A stretch of 64,000 bases of DNA, from positions 44,781 through 108,780 of the forward strand of contig JBBRPD010000002.1 of NCBI GenBank assembly GCA_038228575.1. Direction: 5' to 3'. A program made the translations under genes and the position numbers. Shown in pieces: positions 9,372 to 18,600 of this stretch. The DNA comes from Chitinophagales bacterium (GTDB lineage Bacteria; Bacteroidota; Bacteroidia; Chitinophagales; Chitinophagaceae). Numbering within the stretch: the stretch's first letter is position 1; every line of letters starts with the position of its first letter. The notes beneath the pieces were generated by a model. The model was not told the DNA's origin, ran no database searches, and worked only from the letters and a program-made list of their open reading frames with translations.

Positions 9372-9501
9372 AAGTGCAATAGCATTTCGGGAATAGCCTC
9401 GTGCAGAGTGAACAAATAAATTTACATTGCCGTAGCTCTGGCCGAGCGGCCGGCTTAATAAAGCAAGGCCGGTGAACCTTAGGTTATATACACCCGTTCT
9501 G

Positions 9502-10089
9502 TCACCGTATTTTCTCTCTAAGCTTTTGCTTAACAGCCTGCCATTCAGTACTAATGATGCTGTACATTGCAGTATCTCTATAAGTGCCATCATCCTTTAT
9601 TCTGTCATGGCGAATGATGCCTTCGAAGGTGGCCCCAACGCCCTCAATTGCGGTGCGGCTGCGCTGGTTCTTTTCGTCGGTTTGCAGTTGCACCCTGCCG
9701 GCATGCAGTGTTTCAAACGCATAAGTGAATAGCAGCAGTTTGCATTCCCGGTTATAGCCCGTGCGCCAGTAAGCGGGGTCGTACCAGGTCCACCCAATTT
9801 CTAGTTTTGCGTGCACCTGCACCATATTATGAAACATGGTGTGGCCAATAATTTTATTGGTCAGCCGATCTATTACCGTGAACGGATACTGTTCGCCTGT
9901 GCCTCTTTTTAAAACTGCGCTGCGCAGAAAATTCAGCGTTTTATCATCCGTATCGCATTTTGCTGAAACGAATTCCCATATCTTTTCATTTCGGGCTACA
10001 GCTACTAATTCAGGAAAATGTTCGCTATCCAGCGGCACCAATTTTACGCGTTCGCCTTGCAGCATCACCGGGTGTTCTATCCAGTTCAT
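9502..10089 (-). CDS. GNAT family N-acetyltransferase (RimJ/RimL-like)
   Basis: ORF 9502-10188. I prefer ATG 10087-10089 (MNWIEHPVMLQGERVKLVPL), 2 nt after the upstream stop. The layout is typical of this family. Confidence 0.75.
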   Translation of the reverse strand: MNWIEHPVMLQGERVKLVPLDSEHFPELVAVARNEKIWEFVSAKCDTDDKTLNFLRSAVLKRGTGEQYPFTVIDRLTNKIIGHTMFHNMVQVHAKLEIGWTWYDPAYWRTGYNRECKLLLFTYAFETLHAGRVQLQTDEKNQRSRTAIEGVGATFEGIIRHDRIKDDGTYRDTAMYSIISTEWQAVKQKLREKIR

Positions 10090-10091
10090 AT

Positions 10092-10535
10092 TTACAGGGT
10101 ATTTGCTGTTAAAAAAGCTTTGAGTTCGTCTGTCATCATTGTTGTCTTGCGGGTCTTGTAGTTGAAGCATACCATGCCGGTTTTGCAATGTGCTATCTGC
10201 TGCAGTACCCCGTGGCGCGAGGTAGTGATATGATACAACAGATCGAACGATACGCCCTCAATCTCCTCGGCATATATGAGTACCGAAAATACGTCGCCAT
10301 AAAAACTTTCGCCCTTGTAGGCAATCATTACATCGGCCATTATCATACTATTGCCTGCAGCATTCATTTCAGTATAGCCTTTTGTCGAAAGCATTTGCAT
10401 GCGCGCCTCATGCACCACACTCAGTATGGCATCATTACCTACATGCCCGCCATAGTTAATGTCGCCTATACGCACAGGTATAGTGGCAGTGAATAGTGGT
10501 TTTTGTTCGGGAAATTTTATCTTTACACGAGCCAT
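10092..10535 (-). CDS. Acyl-CoA thioesterase (4HBT/YbgC-like hotdog fold)
   Basis: 147 aa; 'VRIGDINYGGHVGND' hotdog thioesterase N-terminal pattern. Confidence 0.75.
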   Translation of the reverse strand: MARVKIKFPEQKPLFTATIPVRIGDINYGGHVGNDAILSVVHEARMQMLSTKGYTEMNAAGNSMIMADVMIAYKGESFYGDVFSVLIYAEEIEGVSFDLLYHITTSRHGVLQQIAHCKTGMVCFNYKTRKTTMMTDELKAFLTANTL

Positions 10536-10551
10536 TAAGCGATTTTAGTTT

Positions 10552-11163
10552 ATGAAAATAATATGTATCGGGCGAAATTACGCCGACCACGCCAAAGAAT
10601 TAAAAAATGATTTGCCAACCGAGCCGGTAATTTTCATGAAGCCAAAGTCGGCGATGCTGTTACCGGAAAAACCGATCTACTATCCTGAGTTTACTAAAGA
10701 TCTGCATTTTGAATGCGAAGTTGTTGTAAAAATAGAAAAGAACGGCACGCACGTACAAGAAAAATTTGCCAGTAAATATTATTCTGAAATAACTTTAGGT
10801 ATTGACTTTACAGCCCGTGACCTTCAACGCGAACAACAGAAAAAAGGTTTGCCATGGGAGATCGCGAAAGCCTTCAATGGCTCGGCCGCGGTAGGCAATT
10901 TTGTGCCGCTGAGTGAAGCACTTAACATACACGATCTCGACTTTCAATTGAAGCTGAACGATACAGTGGTGCAGGATGGTCACACCCGAGATATGATATT
11001 CAATATTGATAAGATTATAGCCTATGCATCGCAGTTCTTCACGCTAAATATTGGTGACCTTATTTTTACTGGCACCCCCGCAGGCGTAGGTCCTGTAAAA
11101 ATAGGCGATAAGCTGGAAGGCTACTTGCAAGGCAATAAAGTTTTAGATGTTGATGTGAAATAG
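10552..11163 (+). CDS. Fumarylacetoacetate hydrolase (FAH) family protein
   Basis: 203 aa; 'KIICIGRNY..H..E', 'FECE', 'GDLIFTGTPAGVG' FAH signatures. Confidence 0.85.
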   Translation: MKIICIGRNYADHAKELKNDLPTEPVIFMKPKSAMLLPEKPIYYPEFTKDLHFECEVVVKIEKNGTHVQEKFASKYYSEITLGIDFTARDLQREQQKKGLPWEIAKAFNGSAAVGNFVPLSEALNIHDLDFQLKLNDTVVQDGHTRDMIFNIDKIIAYASQFFTLNIGDLIFTGTPAGVGPVKIGDKLEGYLQGNKVLDVDVK

Positions 11164-11216
11164 TTTACCATAGCTTAAAACAACCGGCAACAGCACCAAC
11201 CCAACCAGGTAATGTC

Positions 11217-11345
11217 GTTAAGTTAAGGATTTAGGCATTAAAATGGTGTTTATGTTATGTAACACCTTCGGATTTTAACCGTATTGTACACTTTAATTTT
11301 CTATAATAATGTCATCCCTTCGGGATTTTTTCCTAAACTTAATGA
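11217..11345. repeat. MITE-like hairpin-rich repeat, family A copy 1
   Basis: About 80% identical by eye over about 130 nt to 58448-58576, same orientation. Inverted ends GTTAAGTTAAGGA...TCCTAAACTTAAT. Internal GGTGTT..AACACC and ATCCCTTCGGGAT hairpins. Confidence 0.8.
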
Positions 11346-11394
11346 CATTGCTCAAACCGGGGTATTTTCAATTTCTACTTTTAATTTTTCAACC

Positions 11395-12066
11395 GTGAAT
11401 GTAACACTCGAAGCAAGCTGGAAAAACGAACTGAAAGATGAGTTTGAAAAACCTTACTTCCAGAAGATAGTGCATACGCTGAAAGAAGAAAAAAAATTGG
11501 GTAAGATCATTTATCCGCCGGGAAAGCAAATTTTTAATGCCTTTGAGTTTACACCGCTTGATAAAGTGAAAGTGGTGATACTGGGGCAAGACCCCTACCA
11601 TAATCCCGGGCAGGCTCATGGGCTTTCTTTTTCAGTACCCGATGGCATAAAACCACCACCATCGCTCATGAACATTTTTAAAGAACAGCAAGAAGATCTG
11701 GGCTTAGGCTACCCTACCACAGGTAACCTGGAAAAATGGGCAAGGCAGGGGGTATTATTACTTAATGCATCGCTCACTGTGGTGGCCAATACCCCTATGT
11801 CGCACAGCCAGATAGGTTGGCATATTTTTACAGATGAGGTCATCCGGCACATCTCTTCCGCAAAAGAAAATGTGGTGTTTATGTTATGGGGGAAATTTGC
11901 ACAGAACAAAGCTGTGCTAATAGATGCCGGCAAGCACAAAATACTTATGGCTGTGCATCCTTCGCCTCTTTCGGCATACAACGGTTTTATGGGTTGCAGG
12001 CATTTCAGTAAAACAAATGAATACCTGCAAAACAATGGTGAAAAGCCTATTGACTGGGCATTATAA
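11395..12066 (+). CDS. ung: Uracil-DNA glycosylase
   Basis: GQDPYH and HPSPLS motifs. I prefer the GTG at 11395 ((M)NVTLEASWKNELKDEFEKPYF), which gives a typical 223 aa. The track start at 11284 reads through repeat A. Confidence 0.9.
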   Translation: MNVTLEASWKNELKDEFEKPYFQKIVHTLKEEKKLGKIIYPPGKQIFNAFEFTPLDKVKVVILGQDPYHNPGQAHGLSFSVPDGIKPPPSLMNIFKEQQEDLGLGYPTTGNLEKWARQGVLLLNASLTVVANTPMSHSQIGWHIFTDEVIRHISSAKENVVFMLWGKFAQNKAVLIDAGKHKILMAVHPSPLSAYNGFMGCRHFSKTNEYLQNNGEKPIDWAL

Positions 12067-12173
12067 CCATACCCGGCAGGTTTAAATACCCGGTGGATAA
12101 ACAATCGCCGATAGTTTTGGCAATCTTGCTAACTTTGTAATCTTTTCAAAATCAAAATTGTAGTTAAATACCT

Positions 12174-12926
12174 TTGAAAATTATCAGCAACATATTGGGT
12201 CGTGTATATGCAGTTTATGCTTTACTGGTGTTTGTTGCCACCATGCTTGTAGTATGGCTTCCTATTTTTATCATATCGCTTTTACCCGAGCCACAAAGGG
12301 CAAAGTACCTTCACCCTGTGTTCAGGTTATGGATGGGTGTTTACATGCCCCTTATCTTCTGCCCTGTTTTCCGCAAGGGCAAAGCGCATTTTAAGAAAGG
12401 TGAAAACTATGTGGTCGTTATTAACCACAATTCGTTAATGGATATTCCGGTCTCATCGCCATGGATACCCGGCCCCAATAAAACATTAGCAAAGGCTGAA
12501 ATGGCCCGCGTGCCGCTGTTTGGTATTATTTACAAAACGGGCTCTATTCTCGTTGACCGTAAAAACGAAGCCAGCCGCCGTACCAGCTTTTCAAAAATGC
12601 AGGAGGCGCTGGATATGGGCATACACTTGTGCCTTTACCCTGAAGGCACCCGTAATAAAACAACGCAACCCATGCAGCAGTTTTTTGATGGCGCATTTAC
12701 TACCGCCGTTAAAGCACAAAAGCCAATTATACCCGGTGTAATATTCAATACAGGTAAAGTACTTCCGCACAATAAAAAATTCTGGGGCAGGCCAATGCCG
12801 GTTCGTATACACTTCCTGGAGGCTATACCTACACAAGGGCTGACCCTGGCTGATGTTGGCGCATTGAAATTACGCGTGTACACAATTATGGAATCCTATT
12901 ACGTAACCCACAATAATAACGCATGA
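12174..12926 (+). CDS. 1-acyl-sn-glycerol-3-phosphate acyltransferase family (PlsC-like)
   Basis: HX4D motif 'NHNSLMD', 'YPEGTRN', N-terminal TM. The TTG start is uncertain. TAACTTTG box at 12130-12137. Confidence 0.8.
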   Translation: MKIISNILGRVYAVYALLVFVATMLVVWLPIFIISLLPEPQRAKYLHPVFRLWMGVYMPLIFCPVFRKGKAHFKKGENYVVVINHNSLMDIPVSSPWIPGPNKTLAKAEMARVPLFGIIYKTGSILVDRKNEASRRTSFSKMQEALDMGIHLCLYPEGTRNKTTQPMQQFFDGAFTTAVKAQKPIIPGVIFNTGKVLPHNKKFWGRPMPVRIHFLEAIPTQGLTLADVGALKLRVYTIMESYYVTHNNNA

Positions 12927-13696
12927 CATTTAGTATAATCGGTTCTGGCAATATTGCATGGTTCTTTGGTAAGCGGCTTGCGGCATCGGGCCACCAATGT
13001 AAGGGTGTTTATGGCCGTAATACCAAAGCCGTTAAAGAATTGGCAGATGCGCTACTCGCATCGAAAAACGGTGAAGTGACCGACATACGCGATGAAGACG
13101 CCGATGTTTGTTTCCTCGCTGTTTCTGACACGTCGGTGGAAGCGGTAGCAGCAAAATTAGCATTTAAGAAAACAGTACTCGTACACATGGCAGGTGCACT
13201 GCCTCTTGATATTATTAAAAAGGCCGCTAAAGACCATGCTGTACTGTGGCCTATCTATTCCATTCTGCGCAATAATACCCGCAGCGACAGGGATATACCC
13301 ATTGCATGGGAAATGAGCAGCGACAGGGCAAAAAAATATGTGCTGGAAATGGCGCATGCTATTACTGACAACCTTTTCGAAGCAAAGGACGATCAGCGCA
13401 AATGGCTGCATCTTTCGGCCGTTGTTACCAACAACTTCATTAATCATTTGTTTGCCATCAATGAGCATATCTGCAAGGAAAATGATTTGCCGGCATCAAC
13501 CCTGCAACCGCTCATCAAACAAACGTTCGATCGGGTAAAGCAGGCGTCACCATTCACTACACAGACCGGGCCAGCCATGCGCAACGATGATGCCACCATA
13601 AACCAGCATTTAAAACTATTGGAGGAACAACCACATTTGCTGAAGGTTTATGAAGCCATGACAGAGTCGATAAAAGAGATGCACGGAATACAATAA
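12923..13696 (+). CDS. Rossmann-like / DUF2520 domain protein (putative oxidoreductase)
   Basis: 'FSIIGSGNIAWFFGKRL' dinucleotide-binding motif; ATGA overlap with the upstream gene. Confidence 0.7.
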   Translation: MTFSIIGSGNIAWFFGKRLAASGHQCKGVYGRNTKAVKELADALLASKNGEVTDIRDEDADVCFLAVSDTSVEAVAAKLAFKKTVLVHMAGALPLDIIKKAAKDHAVLWPIYSILRNNTRSDRDIPIAWEMSSDRAKKYVLEMAHAITDNLFEAKDDQRKWLHLSAVVTNNFINHLFAINEHICKENDLPASTLQPLIKQTFDRVKQASPFTTQTGPAMRNDDATINQHLKLLEEQPHLLKVYEAMTESIKEMHGIQ

Positions 13697-13729
13697 CAAC
13701 CTATTATTGCAGGTAAAAGCATAAAAAAA

Positions 13730-13770
13730 TGGCACACCGTTATTTACTAACCGTGTGCCATTTCACTTTT
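13730..13770. terminator. Bidirectional hairpin terminator
   Basis: A-run, then TGGCACAC..GTGTGCCA stem, then TTTCACTTTT, between convergent genes. Confidence 0.55.
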
Positions 13771-13783
13771 GCAGTCAATGCAA

Positions 13784-14215
13784 CTATTTATAGTATTTCT
13801 TCATCATGATGAGCGTATATATCACTCCCGGCAACCAGCCAAGTATGTACAGCAACAGCGATAACAGCCATTCGTAACCTGAAAAATTATCGTTGATACC
13901 CATAGCCAGCCAACCCAAAGCAATGATAGCCAAAACGACATAAAGTCCCTTTGAAATTTCAGCTTTCGCCGCTGCTACTTTATGTATCAACCTGGAAAGG
14001 AATGAGTGCTTTTTAGCAACGTTTTCATGCGCAACTGGCGGCGCTTCGAGAGCCGCGGGCGCATAGCCATCAGATTCGATGACCGTCCGCTCATCTGTTG
14101 CAAGTTGTTCGGTTTGCAGCACAGTAGTTGCCGATTTTTTAATAATAAAGCCAGCCTGGCACTGCGCAACTAAACCAACAGTTGCTACGAGTAAAATAAC
14201 AATGATCTTTTTCAT
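13784..14215 (-). CDS. Secreted/membrane protein with C-terminal YqaE/Pmp3-like two-helix domain
   Basis: Signal peptide. The C-terminal '..LAIIALGWL....LLSLLLYILGWLPGVIYTLIMM' resembles the Pmp3/UPF0057 layout. Confidence 0.5.
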   Translation of the reverse strand: MKKIIVILLVATVGLVAQCQAGFIIKKSATTVLQTEQLATDERTVIESDGYAPAALEAPPVAHENVAKKHSFLSRLIHKVAAAKAEISKGLYVVLAIIALGWLAMGINDNFSGYEWLLSLLLYILGWLPGVIYTLIMMKKYYK

Positions 14216-14365
14216 TATGAAATCTTTTTTGGTGAATACAATACTAACGAAAAATTAGCAAATATTACAACCTGAAGTTAAAAGAAACCGAACAAAGCAA
14301 CGACCAGCCTTATGTTGCATATTTATACTAAATTTGTAACAGGAGCAATTCAAAATATTTCCGGG

Positions 14366-15136
14366 ATGCGCAGACAAGTATGTATAAGATTATTGATAGC
14401 CATACTATTTATGGCAATGCCTGTTTTTACGCATGCCCAAACTGACGTTCAGAATTTTAAAGATTTCCAACTCTCTTGTACCCGCGTTTCAGATGCCTGG
14501 AAAAAATTCAATGATTCGCTGGCCAAAGATTTCAAAAAGAAAGGAATAGCCTACCCGCCCAAAGATATTTACCTACGTGCCTTCAAGGCCCAGAACGAAC
14601 TGGAACTGTGGGGCCGCAATAATGAAACCAGTGAATACAAGTTGATAAAGCTGTATCATATTTGTGCGCTTTCCGGCTTACTGGGGCCAAAGCGTGCCGA
14701 AGGCGACCACCAAGTACCTGAGGGCTATTATTTCATTGAAGATTTTAACCCCAAGAGCGATTATTACCTGTCGCTGCTGCTTAACTACCCCAACTATTCT
14801 GATAATAAGCTGGGTGGCAAAGCGCGCCGTGGCGGCGATATATATATACACGGCGGCTGCGTAACCGTAGGGTGCATGCCCATGACAGACCAGGGCATAC
14901 AGGAGATCTACACCATTTGCCTTAACGCCAAAGTGAATGGTGAAGAAAATATACCGGTGCACATCTTCCCTACCCGACTTACCAAGCAAGGCATTGCATA
15001 TCTGGAACGCGAATATGTAAACTACCCGGAAAAGCAAACCTTCTGGAATACACTCAAAGCCGGCTACGATTACTTTGAGAAGACCCACAAATTATTACCC
15101 GTAATGTACGCGCCGGAAGGCCAGTACGTTAATTGA
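14366..15136 (+). CDS. L,D-transpeptidase catalytic domain family protein
   Basis: I prefer ATG 14366 (MRRQVCIRLLIAILFMAMPVFTHAQ). 'GGDIYIHGGCVTVGCMPMTD' is the YkuD-type H-G..C active-site region. Confidence 0.8.
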   Translation: MRRQVCIRLLIAILFMAMPVFTHAQTDVQNFKDFQLSCTRVSDAWKKFNDSLAKDFKKKGIAYPPKDIYLRAFKAQNELELWGRNNETSEYKLIKLYHICALSGLLGPKRAEGDHQVPEGYYFIEDFNPKSDYYLSLLLNYPNYSDNKLGGKARRGGDIYIHGGCVTVGCMPMTDQGIQEIYTICLNAKVNGEENIPVHIFPTRLTKQGIAYLEREYVNYPEKQTFWNTLKAGYDYFEKTHKLLPVMYAPEGQYVN

Positions 15137-15215
15137 GCGCTCACAACTGTGCGCCCCTGCGGTGCCAACGCAATGTCGCCTTTCGACAACATATCAACTG
15201 CTACATGGCTGCTCT

Positions 15216-15623
15216 CTATGCCATTGCATGCATGACTGCAAGTATTTTTTCTTGCGATAAATATTTTGGTATATAACCCGAAATGAGGGGATGTTTTTCC
15301 GCCATTAACTTGTCCTGCTCATCTATTGAGGATGACAACATGTATATAGTTGTTTTCCTTAGTATTTCAGGCGATACATGCTCCAGTTCATCAAGCACTT
15401 CCCAGCCGGAAAGTACCGGCATATTAATATCCAGGAAAATAATTACATTAGCTGAGTCGGGTTGTGCATAATGATCAACAATGTAAGCCAGCGCTTTTTT
15501 AGGGTTCGTAAATGTTTTGATATTGGCATCTGCAATAGTCATTTGTAAAAATTCGATACTGATCAAATTGTTAACAGCGTCGTCATCAATAGCTATAAAA
15601 TCGGGCACTTTTGTTTCTTTCAT
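15216..15623 (-). CDS. Stand-alone response-regulator receiver protein
   Basis: 'DFIAIDDD', 'FLDINMP', 'MLSS' receiver pattern. The start is either ATG 15623 (10 nt after the kinase stop) or ATG 15653 (20-nt overlap). Confidence 0.85.
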   Translation of the reverse strand: MKETKVPDFIAIDDDAVNNLISIEFLQMTIADANIKTFTNPKKALAYIVDHYAQPDSANVIIFLDINMPVLSGWEVLDELEHVSPEILRKTTIYMLSSSIDEQDKLMAEKHPLISGYIPKYLSQEKILAVMHAMA

Positions 15624-15633
15624 AATTGTTTTT

Positions 15634-18600
15634 TTAGATTGGGTTAAATTCAATTGTAAATGTTGTTCCTACATTAACTTCACTTGCTATGGTGACAGTG
15701 CCGCCAAGCGATTCAATCTGGGTCTTTACCATATATAAGCCCATGCCCTTGCCAGCCACGTGATCGTGGAAGCGCTTATAGAGGCCGAAAACCTGCGTAC
15801 TTTTTTTCGTAAGGTCAATGCCCAGCCCATTATCAGTGAAGGTGAGCGTTATTTTATCTTTATCTCTGCTACTGGTAATGGTAATAATCGGGTCAATAGC
15901 TGCCTGCCTGTATTTTATACTGTTGGAAATAAGATTGAAAAACACGCTGTTCAAATAACTTTTAAACGTAAATATCCCCTCTACATCAGCAAAATTTTCG
16001 CGGATAATTACATTGTTACTCTTTATTAGGTTATCAATACTCACCTCTACATCCTCCAGAATCTGAGAGAATTTTATCTTCTCCAGTTTCTTCACATCAT
16101 TGTGCCTGATCTGTAAAATGTAATTAAGGTCCATAATCACATCATCCAGCTTTTTTATAGAATTAATTAGTTCCGCCACATACCTGCCGGCAGTCGACTC
16201 TCCACCTACCGTCATGGAAAGTATTTGCGAGAGCCCTGATATGTTAGCCACCGGGGAACGTAAATTATGAGATACTATGTAAGAAAATTGCTCCAGGTCT
16301 TTATTGCGCTGCACAATATCTTCAATCATCTTGGTACGTTCCAGCTCTGCCAACTTAATACTGGTAATATCGTGCACTACCCCGCGCAAAATAACCGGCT
16401 TACCTTGTTCATCTAACTGAAATTCCGACTGCGACAACACATATTTCACATCGCCCTTCCGGCTTATTATACGGTGTTCGAAGGCAGCAGGGCTCAGTGT
16501 AAGGTGAGCATTATGTGTTTGGGTCATTACAAAATCGAGATCATCGGGATGAATGTATGTAAGCCAGTCACTCCGGTTTTGCATGTTTTCATTGTGGTCT
16601 AACCCGTAAATACTGCAAGCCTCTTCTGACCATTCTACCAAATCCGTAGCCATATCCAGTTCCCAACTTCCAAAGTGTGCTATGGCCTGGGCCTGCTTCA
16701 GGCGCAACTCGTTACGTGCCAGCTGCCCTTCAATTTCCCTACGATGATCATCTTTAGCGAAGATGTCCAGCGCGTACGAAATATCATTCGTTGCCTCTTC
16801 CAACAACCTAATCTCTTCATGATCGAACAGTTCGGATTTACTTGATATGAGATTGTACGCACCTATTACTAAACCCGCTTTTCTTATCGGCAAAACAATA
16901 CATGACCTCAATCCCTTGATGGCAGCATAACGCCTGAAGGCATCCTCCACTTCATCGCGCTCAAAATCGTTGATCACCGCTATTTCACCCCGGGTCATAA
17001 CCCTGTCAATAGGTCCTCCTGCATTATAAGACAGTTGCTCTAACATATTCAACTCCTCTGCTGATAAGTTACTGCTGGCAACAACATTTAATTTTCTTAA
17101 TGCAGTATCCGGCATGCTTACCCAAGCCAAATCGAAACGGCCAAATTTAGTCGCAATCTCACATGCCTTTACAAACAAGCCTTCTGCATTGCCAACCTGA
17201 ACAATTGCCTGGTTTATCTGGCTAATGAAGGCATAGATTCTATTTGCGTTTTCAAGTTTCTCTTCCGCTATTTTCTGTTCCGTAATATCGTGTGCTATAC
17301 CGTAAATACCTATCGGCACACCATTTTCGTCAAGTTCAAAATTTGTTTGGCAATGCACATATTTAACAGCACCACTGGGTAATGAAAGCCGGTAATTAAA
17401 AACAGAACCGTTCAAATTTGCTTCAGCCTCTTTTACAATTTTAGTTACCGCTTCAAGGTCATCAGCATGAACCAACCTAAACCACTCCTCCACGGTAATT
17501 CTGGTTTTACCGTCAGGCAGCTCATATATTCTGCAATACTCCTCCGAACATATCAGTTCTCCACCATCGAAATCGTATTCCCAGTTACCAATATGGGCAA
17601 TGGCTTGTGCTTTCCTAAGGTGGGCCTCGCTATGCTTCAAATCTTCTTCCATGCGCTTACGCTGGCGTTCTTTTTCAAAATTATCAAGCGCAAAAGAAAT
17701 ATCATCAGCAACTTCTTCCAGAATCTCTATTTGTTCGCCGTGAAATACTCCTTCGTCCGAGGCATATAGCGAGAATGTACCAATAATCTTCGATCCAGAC
17801 CTTATTGGTAAAACCATGCCCGACTTTATACCCAGCTCCCTAGCAAAGCCTTTCAATTTGTCTGTGGTGCTTGGGTCAGCCAGCAAATCGTTAGTTATAA
17901 ATGAAGTGGCGTTGTTCATAACATAAGTCTGCGGCCCCACGTAATCATAAGGTAGATCAGCAAAGATATGCCCACTATTCTGCGGCAGGCCGGAACCCGC
18001 CACAAATACAATTTGTCTTGCAGCATCATTAAACAAACAAATGAAAGCGATTTTGAATTTACCTACATCAGTGGCGATATCGCATGCACGGCTGAAAACA
18101 GTATCCTGATCGCGTGCCCAGACAATCGTTTTATTGATCTGACTGATGAATGCATAGTAGTGGTTAACCTGAATAAGCTTCTGTTCCGCAACTCTTACGT
18201 CCGTAACATCATGCATCACTCCAAAAGACTTTACTATTGTGCCGTCTTTGGCAAATTCAAATTCCGACTGCGTCAGCAAATGCCTCACCTGCCCATCGGG
18301 CCTTATAATACGATGCGTCAATATGAAATTGGAAGCCGTTTCATACGAACGGCTTCTTTCATCTAATAATTCCTGAAGATCGTCGGGATGAATAAATGTG
18401 AGCCACGATTCAAAGCTTTGTATAGATTCAGTTAATGGAACGCCATAAATAGCACAGGCCTCATCCGACCAAGAGAGGATACCCGTAGCCATATCCCTTT
18501 CCCAGCTACCAAACCGCGCAATCTGTTGCGCCTTTCTCAACCTTTTTTCATCATTTACCAGCTTGGTCTCCATTTGCAAACGATACCGTTCCCCTTCGAA

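Noticed and set aside
9438-9475. tRNA-Ser-like D-arm string TGGCCGAGCGG in the convergent intergenic region
   Set aside because: No anticodon stem or T-arm (GTTCGAATC) can be drawn. It is at most a short chance match or a tiny tRNA fragment. I recognised no complete tRNA anywhere in the window.
11284-11394. N-terminal 37-codon extension of ung from the ORF track
   Set aside because: The extension is a read-through of repeat family A. UNG homologues begin at the position of the GTG at 11395.
15634-15653. 20-nt kinase/receiver gene overlap as a sign of translational coupling or frameshift
   Set aside because: An in-frame ATG at 15623 gives a typical receiver N-terminus with a 10-nt gap instead. 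The overlap depends only on the choice of start codon.
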